From contig OZ024759.1 in assembly GCA_964016885.1 (NCBI GenBank), positions 33,604,001 through 33,668,000 on the forward strand: 64,000 nt of DNA, read 5' to 3'. The notes below the pieces were generated by a model. It saw only the letters and a program-made list of their open reading frames with translations, had not been told where the DNA came from and did no database searches. Source of the DNA: Eledone cirrhosa. Its lineage: Eukaryota. Shown piece after piece: positions 1-11,088 of this stretch. Each line of letters begins with the position of its first letter. Positions within the stretch are counted from its first letter, which is position 1. The translations under genes and the position numbers were made by a program.

Positions 1-470
1 TTAAGTAAGAAAAAAATTTTTTTTAAATTTTTTTTAAAAAAATATTTTTTTATTTTACGTCCTTTATATTATTGTTCTGCATTCTCCTGCATTGAACCAC
101 CTAGGTACTATGACATAACCTGTGTATTTGCTGGCATGGGCGTGCATCTGTGCGCTTATGTTAGTTGATATATTAAATTATCTATATTTATCTCCAAATC
201 ACTGATTTGTCGAGCAAACTTGTCAAAACCACTTCTAAAAAAATTTTTTTTGGGGTGTTAGTAGGCGTCAGTCATCTTACCATCCCATTCCTTCTAACTA
301 GCCTCTGTGTCACGTGATTGATTCTTTAGAATCGGCCATTTGACTTGAAGCAGTGAGAATTTCGGTACATAGAATTCAGTCCTCGCAAGCTGTTCGATCT
401 ACCGAATTATTATTATTTTTATATGAGCCGCCAGTGTCCGCGCATTGCCTGGAGACTTAACTGAGAATAG

Positions 471-552
471 ACTTCCTGATGACGCAATGAATTCTCGACA
501 GTTGAATTACGTAACTGTCTTTATCCCATTGCAGAAACTAATTAGTTGGAGT
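471..552 (+). ncRNA. Type I hammerhead ribozyme fold, array copy 1
   Basis: Stem I ACUUC 471-475 / GGAGU 548-552. Core CUGAUGA 476-482 and GAAA 534-537. Stem II GCAAUG 484-489 / CAUUGC 527-532 with inner hairpin GACAGUU 497-503 / AACUGUC 513-519. Stem III lies in the palindrome AACUAAUUAGUU 536-547. Cleavage triplet GUU 545-547. Non-canonical C483.A533 at the base of stem II. Confidence 0.75.
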
Positions 553-1028
553 GAAAATTTAAGTAAGAAAAAAATTTTTTTTAAATTTTTTTTAAAAAAA
601 TATTTTTTTATTTTACGTCCTTTATATTATTGTTCTGCATTCTCCTGCATTGAACCACCTAGGTACTATGACATAACCTGTGTATTTGCTGGCATGGGCG
701 TGCATCTGTGCGCTTATGTTAGTTGATATATTAAATTATCTATATTTATCTCCAAATCACTGATTTGTCGAGCAAACTTGTCAAAACCACTTCTAAAAAA
801 ATTTTTTTTGGGGTGTTAGTAGGCGTCAGTCATCTTACCATCCCATTCCTTCTAACTAGCCTCTGTGTCACGTGATTGATTCTTTAGAATCGGCCATTTG
901 ACTTGAAGCAGTGAGAATTTCGGTACATAGAATTCAGTCCTCGCAAGCTGTTCGATCTACCGAATTATTATTATTTTTATATGAGCCGCCAGTGTCCGCG
1001 CATTGCCTGGAGACTTAACTGAGAATAG

Positions 1029-1110
1029 ACTTCCTGATGACGCAATGAATTCTCGACAGTTGAATTACGTAACTGTCTTTATCCCATTGCAGAAACTAAT
1101 TAGTTGGAGT
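1029..1110 (+). ncRNA. Type I hammerhead ribozyme fold, array copy 2
   Basis: Identical to 471-552 (offset 558). Confidence 0.75.
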
Positions 1111-1588
1111 GAAAATTTAAGTAAGAAAAAAATTTTTTTTAAATTTTTTTTAAAAAAATATTTTTTTATTTTACGTCCTTTATATTATTGTTCTGCATTC
1201 TCCTGCATTGAACCACCTAGGTACTATGACATAACCTGTGTATTTGCTGGCATGGGCGTGCATCTGTGCGCTTATGTTAGTTGATATATTAAATTATCTA
1301 TATTTATCTCCAAATCACTGATTTGTCGAGCAAACTTGTCAAAACCACTTCTAAAAAAAAATTTTTTTTGGGGTGTTAGTAGGCGTCAGTCATCTTACCA
1401 TCCCATTCCTTCTAACTAGCCTCTGTGTCACGTGATTGATTCTTTAGAATCGGCCATTTGACTTGAAGCAGTGAGAATTTCGGTACATAGAATTCAGTCC
1501 TCGCAAGCTGTTCGATCTACCGAATTATTATTATTTTTATATGAGCCGCCAGTGTCCGCGCATTGCCTGGAGACTTAACTGAGAATAG

Positions 1589-1670
1589 ACTTCCTGATGA
1601 CGCAATGAATTCTCGACAGTTGAATTACGTAACTGTCTTTATCCCATTGCAGAAACTAATTAGTTGGAGT
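1589..1670 (+). ncRNA. Type I hammerhead ribozyme fold, array copy 3
   Basis: Identical to 471-552 (offset 1118). Confidence 0.75.
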
Positions 1671-2147
1671 GAAAATTTAAGTAAGAAAAAAATTTTTTTT
1701 AAATTTTTTTTAAAAAAATATTTTTTTATTTTACGTCCTTTATATTATTGTTCTGCATTCTCCTGCATTGAACCACCTAGGTACTATGACATAACCTGTG
1801 TATTTGCTGGCATGGGCGTGCATCTGTGCGCTTATGTTAGTTGATATATTAAATTATCTATATTTATCTCCAAATCACTGATTTGTCGAGCAAACTTGTC
1901 AAAACCACTTCTAAAAAAATTTTTTTTTGGGGTGTTAGTAGGCGTCAGTCATCTTACCATCCCATTCCTTCTAACTAGCCTCTGTGTCACGTGATTGATT
2001 CTTTAGAATCGGCCATTTGACTTGAAGCAGTGAGAATTTCGGTACATAGAATTCAGTCCTCGCAAGCTGTTCGATCTACCGAATTATTATTATTTTTATA
2101 TGAGCCGCCAGTGTCCGCGCATTGCCTGGAGACTTAACTGAGAATAG

Positions 2148-2229
2148 ACTTCCTGATGACGCAATGAATTCTCGACAGTTGAATTACGTAACTGTCTTTA
2201 TCCCATTGCAGAAACTAATTAGTTGGAGT
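2148..2229 (+). ncRNA. Type I hammerhead ribozyme fold, array copy 4
   Basis: Identical to 471-552 (offset 1677). Confidence 0.75.
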
Positions 2230-2705
2230 GAAAATTTAAGTAAGAAAAAAATTTTTTTTAAATTTTTTTTAAAAAAATATTTTTTTATTTTACGTCCTTT
2301 ATATTATTGTTCTGCATTCTCCTGCATTGAACCACCTAGGTACTATGACATAACCTGTGTATTTGCTGGCATGGGCGTGCATCTGTGCGCTTATGTTAGT
2401 TGATATATTAAATTATCTATATTTATCTCCAAATCACTGATTTGTCGAGCAAACTTGTCAAAACCACTTCTAAAAAAATTTTTTTTGGGGTGTTAGTAGG
2501 CGTCAGTCATCTTACCATCCCATTCCTTCTAACTAGCCTCTGTGTCACGTGATTGATTCTTTAGAATCGGCCATTTGACTTGAAGCAGTGAGAATTTCGG
2601 TACATAGAATTCAGTCCTCGCAAGCTGTTCGATCTACCGAATTATTATTATTTTTATATGAGCCGCCAGTGTCCGCGCATTGCCTGGAGACTTAACTGAG
2701 AATAG

Positions 2706-2787
2706 ACTTCCTGATGACGCAATGAATTCTCGACAGTTGAATTACGTAACTGTCTTTATCCCATTGCAGAAACTAATTAGTTGGAGT
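2706..2787 (+). ncRNA. Type I hammerhead ribozyme fold, array copy 5
   Basis: Identical to 471-552 (offset 2235). Confidence 0.75.
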
Positions 2788-2975
2788 GAAAATTTAAGTA
2801 AGAAAAAAATTTTTTTTAAATTTTTTTTAAAAAAATATTTTTTTATTTTACGTCCTTTATATTATTGTTCTGCATTCTCCTGCATTGAACCACCTAGGTA
2901 CTATGACATAACCTGTGTATTTGCTGGCATGGGCGTGCATCTGTGCGCTTATGTTAGTTGATATATTAAATTATC

Positions 2976-2980
<5 letters not shown>

Positions 2981-3049
<69 letters not shown>

Positions 3050-3497
3050 CATATATATATATATATACATAGATACACACATAGATATATATACATACAT
3101 AGATACATATATACATATATATATATATACATCGATATATATAGATACATATATATACATATATATATATATATACATAGATATATATAGATACATATAT
3201 ATACATAGATACATATATATACATATATATACATAGATACATATATATACATAGATCATATATATACATAGATACATATATATATATACATAGATACATA
3301 TATATATACATAGATATATATACATATATATATACATATATATACATACATACACATATATAAATATTCATACATACACATATATAAATATATACATACA
3401 CACATATATATATATATATATACGTACACATATATATATATATATATACGTACACATATATATATATATACGTACACATATATATATATATATACGT

Positions 3498-3540
<43 letters not shown>

Positions 3541-3710
3541 TATATATATACATACACACATATATATATATACATACACACATATATATATATATACATC
3601 CATGCACATGTATATACATGTATACACATATATGTGTATACACACACATATATATATCTATACACACATATATATATACATATACATGCACATATATATA
3701 TACATATACA

Positions 3711-3776
<66 letters not shown>

Positions 3777-3778
3777 CA

Positions 3779-3814
<36 letters not shown>

Positions 3815-3853
3815 CATCTATATATTCATACATACACATACTTATATATACAT

Positions 3854-3913
<60 letters not shown>

Positions 3914-3922
3914 GCACATATA
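2981..3922. repeat. Compound (TA)n/(TACA)n microsatellite flanking the array
   Basis: Directly visible simple repeat. Confidence 0.97.
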
Positions 3923-3936
3923 TTTTTTTTTTTCTC

Positions 3937-4149
3937 GATCGACCTTCGTCAAATCGGACCGAGGAATCAATGTTTCCGTTGGTCTTTCCAGTTGCTAGTA
4001 CTATCTATCGGTCGCAACTCCAGGTAGAAGGAGCAACGTGAAATAAAGTGTCTTGCTCAAGGACATAACGCATTGCCCTGTCCAGGAATCGAACTCACAA
4101 CCTCAACATTGTGAATCCAATTATCTAACCACTCAGCTACACGCCTTCA
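3937..4149 (-). mobile_element. tRNA-derived SINE with CORE/V-like central motif (family B)
   Basis: Reverse strand reads aggcgtgtagctgagtggttag (A box) ... gagttcgattcc (B box) ... tgtccttgagcaagacactttatttc. Homologous to 36219-36433 and 49966-50149. Confidence 0.85.
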
Positions 4150-4216
4150 CCAATATATATATATATATATATACATGCACATATATATATACATACACAT
4201 ATATATATACATACCC

Positions 4217-4255
<39 letters not shown>

Positions 4256-4431
4256 CACTTATACATATATATACACATATATATATACACATATACATAT
4301 ATATACACATATATATATATATACACACATCTATATATATATACACATATACATATATATACACACATATATATATATATATACACATATACATACACCT
4401 ATATATATACATACACATACATATACATACA

Positions 4432-4471
<40 letters not shown>

Positions 4472-4570
4472 CACATACATATATATATATACATACATAT
4501 ATATATATACATACATATATATATATACATACATATATATATATATACATACATATATATATATACATAC

Positions 4571-4659
<89 letters not shown>

Positions 4660-4684
4660 CATGCATATATATATATATATACAT

Positions 4685-4722
<38 letters not shown>

Positions 4723-6223
4723 GTGAGTGTATGTATATATATATATATACACACACACACAATTCTATATTCATTTTCTGAATATTTCTCCAGTGAGTGG
4801 AAATGTTTTCTGTGTTAATTATTCTTCTAATTATTTTTGATAGCAAAATAATCTGTGAAGAATGACAGTTAATGACAAGTGAGACGACGGCCATTTTTTT
4901 CTTTCGCTTGTAGTTTATTACGTTATACGAGTGTATAGTTTATTAACTTTAGGTTCTTTGGCACACATACGAGAAGTACGCCATGTTTCATACACCATAC
5001 AACTATTATTCTAGCCTTCAGGCATATTGATAAGATAAATGAGATGTTAGAAATTATCAACTATGTCTTCTAACGTATGCTGTCTCACTTAAATTATTTG
5101 ATAGACGTGTTTGTTATATAACTAAAAAATGGTTTATTTCTATATATGAAAAGCAAAATAAGAAAATATGGTAAATGAAATTTTTGTTTAAGTATATTTT
5201 TTCTTCTTGCTTACTCTGTTCTGAAGACACAGAATTAAAGAATGGTTATGAAGTTCGTTTTAGAATTCATTATCTCCTGAGTTCGATCACTATGATTGAT
5301 ATCTCGGGCAAGTGTTAGTCACCACAGCTTCGGGGATAACCCTTCTTTGAGAATCTAATTTGGGTGGACCGTAATTTCAGAATGAAATTGGTGTGGGTAT
5401 AGAATGTCAGAAAGGAAACCCCATCAGAGGGAATGTTGCTGAAATTCAAAGTATTACCCTTTTGATACACACTATGGCTCGATGAATCTCCCTGAGTAAG
5501 GCTGGCAAATATCGGATCTAACACTAAACTAGGGGTGAAATAGGGGTGGATGCAAGAGGCTAGCATAGCCACGGGTCTAACTAGGGTAGGATTTAGAACA
5601 GGTGGTCACAGTGTGAGTGAGTTAGAGTGAGTGAGTGTGCAAGTGAGTATGATTAAAGTGTTTGAGTGTATGTGAGTCACTCAGTCATTGAGTATATATA
5701 CGTGTATGTGTGATAGAGAGATAAAGAGAGAGTGTGTGTGTGTGTGTATCTATGTGTGTCTCTCTCGGTGTCTCTCTTTCTCCCTGTGTCTCTCTCTGTC
5801 TCTCTGTGTGTCTCTCTCTGTGTCTCTCTCGGTGTCTCTCTCTGTCTCTCTGTGTCTCTCTGTGTCTCTCTGTGTCTCTCTGTATCTCTCTCTCTATATA
5901 TATGTCTCTCTCTCTATCTCTGTGTCTCTCTCTGTGCCTCTTTCTCTCTGTGTCTCTCTATGTGTGTCTCTGTCTCTCTGCCTGTGTGTTTCTCTTTCTA
6001 TGCCTGTGTGTCTCTGTCTGTCTGTGTTTGCAAATGAGCAAGCAGTGAGAGAAGATATATATCAGATATATATCAGAAATATATCAGAAATATATCAGAA
6101 ATATCGAATTCAATTAAAGAATCACGTGATTCAAACATATAAATAATTCTTCGATAACAAGAAAAGAGATTAACGGAAATGAAAGCTGAATTATAATGAT
6201 ACAAAACTGCTGATTGTTAATTG

Positions 6224-6468
6224 AATGTGCTACAACCACTATTAGTGTTGCTGTTGTTGTTGTTAATTTAATGTGCTACAACCAATATTAGTGGTGTTGT
6301 TGTTGTTGTTGTTAATTTAATGTGCTACAACCACTATTAGTGGTGTTGTTGTTGTTGTTGTTAATTTAATGTGCTACAACCACTATTAGTGGTGGTGGTG
6401 GTGTTGTTGTTGTTAATTTAATGTGCTACAACCTCTATTAGTGTTGTTAGTGTTGTTGTTATTGTTAC
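6224..6468. repeat. Minisatellite, 5 units of 46-52 bp (aatgtgctacaaccactattagtggtgttgttg...)
   Basis: Unit starts at 6224, 6270, 6319, 6368 and 6420. Length differences come from the internal (GTT/GGT)n. Confidence 0.95.
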
Positions 6469-6529
6469 ATTACATTGGGTCTCGTATTTGTGATTGCATT
6501 AATGTAAGAGGCCTTACTACATATCATTA

Positions 6530-6530
<1 letters not shown>

Positions 6531-6561
<31 letters not shown>

Positions 6562-6649
6562 GTATGTATATATGTTTGAAAATAATGTTTTAATTACATC
6601 TGACATAAGTGTACATATCTCTATGAACCTATATATATATATATATATG

Positions 6650-6691
<42 letters not shown>

Positions 6692-6692
6692 G

Positions 6693-6723
<31 letters not shown>

Positions 6724-6760
6724 TATGTATGTATATATATATATATATATATATATTATG

Positions 6761-6791
<31 letters not shown>

Positions 6792-6799
6792 TATGTATG

Positions 6800-6871
<72 letters not shown>

Positions 6872-6872
6872 G

Positions 6873-6916
<44 letters not shown>

Positions 6917-6919
6917 GTA

Positions 6920-6975
<56 letters not shown>

Positions 6976-6976
6976 G

Positions 6977-7020
<44 letters not shown>

Positions 7021-7023
7021 GTA

Positions 7024-7061
<38 letters not shown>

Positions 7062-7097
7062 GTATGCATATATATATATATATATATATATTATGTA

Positions 7098-7135
<38 letters not shown>

Positions 7136-7136
7136 G

Positions 7137-7167
<31 letters not shown>

Positions 7168-7173
7168 TATGTA

Positions 7174-7213
<40 letters not shown>

Positions 7214-7216
7214 GTA

Positions 7217-7269
<53 letters not shown>

Positions 7270-7310
7270 TGTGTATGTATATATATATATGTATATATAT
7301 ATATTATGTA

Positions 7311-7360
<50 letters not shown>

Positions 7361-7363
7361 GAG

Positions 7364-7397
<34 letters not shown>

Positions 7398-7500
7398 AAG
7401 TATATATATATATATGTATATATATGTATATATATATATATATATTATGTATCTCTCTCTCTCTCTATATATATATGTATATATATGTTATGTGTATGTA
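6531..7500. repeat. (TA)n microsatellite with recurring ttatgtatg(c) interruptions
   Basis: Directly visible. Confidence 0.95.
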
Positions 7501-8089
7501 TATTTTGTTCCTTATATTACATTTAAATATGATTCTATTAGTGTCTTAATAACAGCAAAGTCTGTAATTGTGAATCTTCAACAGAGATAAACGGAATGAA
7601 TTAACTTTAAATATACGCATCTGTACACACACACACAACCACTGACACATACACACACGCTAGCATAGCTTTAAATATACACATACGTACCAACATAAAA
7701 TAGCATACACACACAAGCATGAAGATATATCAGTTGATGTATGTGTCTTTGTACATATATATATATATATATTTATATATATTTAAAAGTTAAACAAGGT
7801 TCAATGAATAAATAAAATAATGAGTTTTACAATAGATTGGAAGCACACAACAGTTTTTTTGTTTTCCAGAGTTATTAATATTAATTCAAAATATTAACAA
7901 AATAGATATTAGCATGACTGAATCTTAACCATCTACTATGTCAGGGTATGTGATGCATCATCTTATTTTTTCTGATAAAGACGTACTGCTTAACTGAACT
8001 CAGTACCTCTGAAATATGTATAATAAAATATACTTGATCACAAGTATATCTATTTTGTTAAAATTTGGAATTAATATATATATATATAT

Positions 8090-8403
8090 GAGAAACAAGA
8101 TGGCGTAGGACAGAACAAAGGAGAGGCACAAAAACAAAGAAAAGAATCCCGGTCACTGAAGAGGTCACAGACTGTGTGACGAAAGTACTTTGACAATATA
8201 TAAACAACCATCTGGTTGTGGAACCAACCAACCAACCGGAAATTTATAAATTCCTAAATTTATAAATTTAATTATAATAAATTGAAGTGAAAGCGTCTGG
8301 TGCGTGTGTTTCTTATTGGCAACATGACCCTCCCGAAGTATAACAATATCGGTTTCAACACACGTTTTCAGATAAAGAATCTTACTAAACAAATTCAGAA
8401 ACG

Positions 8404-8406
<3 letters not shown>
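8090..8406 (+). mobile_element. Penelope-like pseudo-LTR remnant inserted in (TA)n
   Basis: Flanked by TA tracts on both sides and carries a minimal hammerhead at 8152-8194. Its downstream part (aaacaaccatc...ccggaaatttataa...gtgcgtgtgtttc...ttggcaacatga...gtataaca) recurs inverted at 27664-27790. Confidence 0.6.
8152..8194 (+). ncRNA. Minimal type I hammerhead ribozyme (Penelope-type)
   Basis: GUCA CUGAAGA G GUCACA gacug UGUGAC GAAA GUAC U U UGAC: 4-bp stem I, 6-bp stem II with one extra nucleotide after A9, palindromic stem III AAGUACUU, triplet CUU. Confidence 0.75.
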
Positions 8407-8449
<43 letters not shown>

Positions 8450-8709
8450 CAGTGCAATGTCCCCTCAATTGATATCACGTTGAATTATTTAATCTATGTT
8501 GAAATATATAATTAAGTGCCACATTGGTCTGTAAATATGTTTCTACGTCTGTTTGATTACTTCTATCTTTATGTCATATATATATATACACATGTATGTT
8601 TATATATATATATATATATATATACATACACATGTATGTAATTTTATATATATATATACATACACATGTATGTATATATATATATATATACATATGTATA
8701 TGTGCGTAT

Positions 8710-8803
<94 letters not shown>

Positions 8804-8810
8804 ATGCACA

Positions 8811-8850
<40 letters not shown>

Positions 8851-8916
8851 TACATACATACATACATACACCAATTAGGATTGCGTGATTGGTATCTAAG
8901 AGTTTGATCACCAGTG

Positions 8917-8961
<45 letters not shown>

Positions 8962-9331
8962 ATCACAGCAGCACTATTAGATGTAGTATTTGCCGGAGTG
9001 TTGTGGTAATAATATTGTTCCTGCCGATGTAATATAATGATCCAGCGTTCGATTAATTAATTGTTTGATTGATAGATCAATTAAGTGAGATATTGAATGA
9101 TTGTTTAGTCACCTGATGGCGTTAATATCGCCCGTCTGTCTCTTAAAATTGCTGCTGGTATTTGAAACTCTATTAACTTAGAAAACTCTTGAAATGAAAC
9201 TGATAAAATTTTAAATGGACATTTTTCGTTACAATATACGTTTCCTGTTACTTTTAGAAATACTTTGTAGATATATATTTTTAAAGATATAGTTAATTAC
9301 TAATTGTTGACTGTGACTTCAAAATCTCGTG

Positions 9332-9800
9332 GTTAGGATGTGTCACGAAAGAATAGCAGTTGTCGCTCTCGGGTAGAGCCGTAACTCCTCCGAACTGAGA
9401 GATCACAACCCCTATGTTACGGGCATAGGGTTAGAATATCCCAGGAAAGAATATCTGGAGTCACTCCAGCTAGAGCTGCTACTTCTCCGAATTGAGAGAC
9501 CACAGATCCGATATTACGGATATGTGATAAGAATGTCTTAGGAAAGAATTGCTGGAGAAACTCCACGTAGAGATGCTACTCCTCAGAATTGAAAGATCAC
9601 AGATCCGATATTACAGACATGTGGTTAGAATGTCTCACGAAAGAATCGCTGGAGAGATTTTACGGGCAAAAACAACCGACAAGAGATACATGGGTGACCC
9701 TGAGCAAGATGGTTGGCTTACATCCTTGAGCTTGGCTGGTCTCACTTAAAGATCCAGCCGAATCAGTTGGAGACTGTTGCTTCTGATAGGAGAACCTACT
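9332..9800 (+). mobile_element. RTE-clade LINE 3' remnant with an internally triplicated ~97-bp segment
   Basis: ORF 9549-9749 gives LLLRIERSQIRYYRHVVRMSHERI, resembling the RTE C-terminal LLLRIERSQLRWFGHLVRM motif. gttagaatgtc-like starts at 9332, 9430, 9527 and 9624. Confidence 0.8.
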
Positions 9801-10572
9801 GGAAGTACGTGACAGATTTACTTCTGACTCAGAGTCTTATTTGTGGTCACTTCTCCCAGAACGGACTTAACTTGGGCCTAAATCAGAAACAATTATTGTT
9901 GATATTCTTTATTTTTGTGTATTGTTGTTGACGTCGTAATTGTCGTCACATAACATAAAATAATATTTATGGAGCTCTCTTTCATGAATGATATCCGAGA
10001 CTAACAGTCAATTTGATTACGACCTTCAACTACTTATTAACAATATCCTTAATAATATACGAAGCCAACGGTTATTTATCCATATTTGATGAACTACACG
10101 AATATTGCATTTTAAATATCAGTTAGTTTAGTAATACAATAATGATTTCATAATATAATCGCAAATGGCGGACTACTAACATACAAACACATCGTGAACA
10201 ACAGCAACAACAACAACGACGAGAGCAACAACGCCAACAAAAGTAGTATCAACATCAACGCAAAAGAAGATAGTAACAATGCTACAACTGCAAACAGCAC
10301 CAACAACATCAGCAGCAGGCACAACTACAGCTTCCTCATCGTTATTAATAATATAATTTTACCACTTATCTTTGTATAATGTTTAATAGCATTCGATGAC
10401 AAAAGCAAACACATTTTAATATTAATTTTGATTGAAAAGCTCCATTGCGGAGAGACTCAGTAAATATTCTAGCATAATTCGCAACTAATTTTAGAATATA
10501 AATGATGTTGATACATTGGACAATTGGCTGTTCTCACATATACCACAGACACAAACAGTTTCTGTGTATATG

Positions 10573-10656
<84 letters not shown>

Positions 10657-10803
10657 AAAGTTTACATATATATATATATATATATATAAAGGTTTACATA
10701 TATATATATATATATATAAAGGTTTACATATATATATATATATAAATAAACTGTTTGCGTCTGTGCTATATATATATATATATATAAACAGTTTGCGTCT
10801 GTG

Positions 10804-10835
<32 letters not shown>

Positions 10836-10841
<6 letters not shown>

Positions 10842-11081
10842 ATGGCTGAAGAAAGACCAAAACCCGACACGTCAAACGTGCTCTCCCGTTTTCCATATAA
10901 AGTGTGAAACTAAGACATTTTGCATATCTGTTTTGACGTTTCCTTGAACTATATATATACATATATAGTTCAAAGAAACGACTAAACAGATATGCAAAAT
11001 GACTTAGTTTCACACTTTATATGGAAAAGGGGAGAGCACGTTTGACGTGTCGGGTTTTGGTCTTTCTTCAGCAATACAAAT
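10836..11081. repeat. Long imperfect inverted repeat (~115-bp arms, TA centre) containing a decayed hammerhead-like motif
   Basis: atttgtatggctgaagaaagacc...ttgaactatata pairs with tatatagttcaa...ggtctttcttcagcaatacaaat, with about 6 mismatches. Confidence 0.95.
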
Positions 11082-11088
11082 ACATATA

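Larger units (their letters stand above)
1..2980 (+). repeat. Tandem array of a 558-560 bp unit (about 5.3 copies visible, continuing off the left edge); hammerhead-bearing, retrozyme-like
   Basis: Identical ORF-track entries start at 445, 1003, 1563, 2122 and 2680 (spacings 558, 560, 559, 558). By eye the copies differ only in the A7-9/T8-9 run after 'accacttct'. The array ends at ...aaattatctatat (2980) and runs straight into (TA)n. Confidence 0.98.

Noticed and set aside
445-726. 93-aa ORF repeated in each array unit
   Set aside because: It starts at TTG, runs through A/T homopolymers (KKKIFFKFFLKK), resembles no domain I recognise, and overlaps the ribozyme and hairpin. Its recurrence simply reflects the repeat.
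1-2980. Array as a 5S rRNA, snRNA, SL-RNA or histone gene cluster, or as CRISPR
   Set aside because: I recognise no 5S, U-snRNA or histone sequence. The units are fully identical with no variable spacers, and the DNA is eukaryotic.
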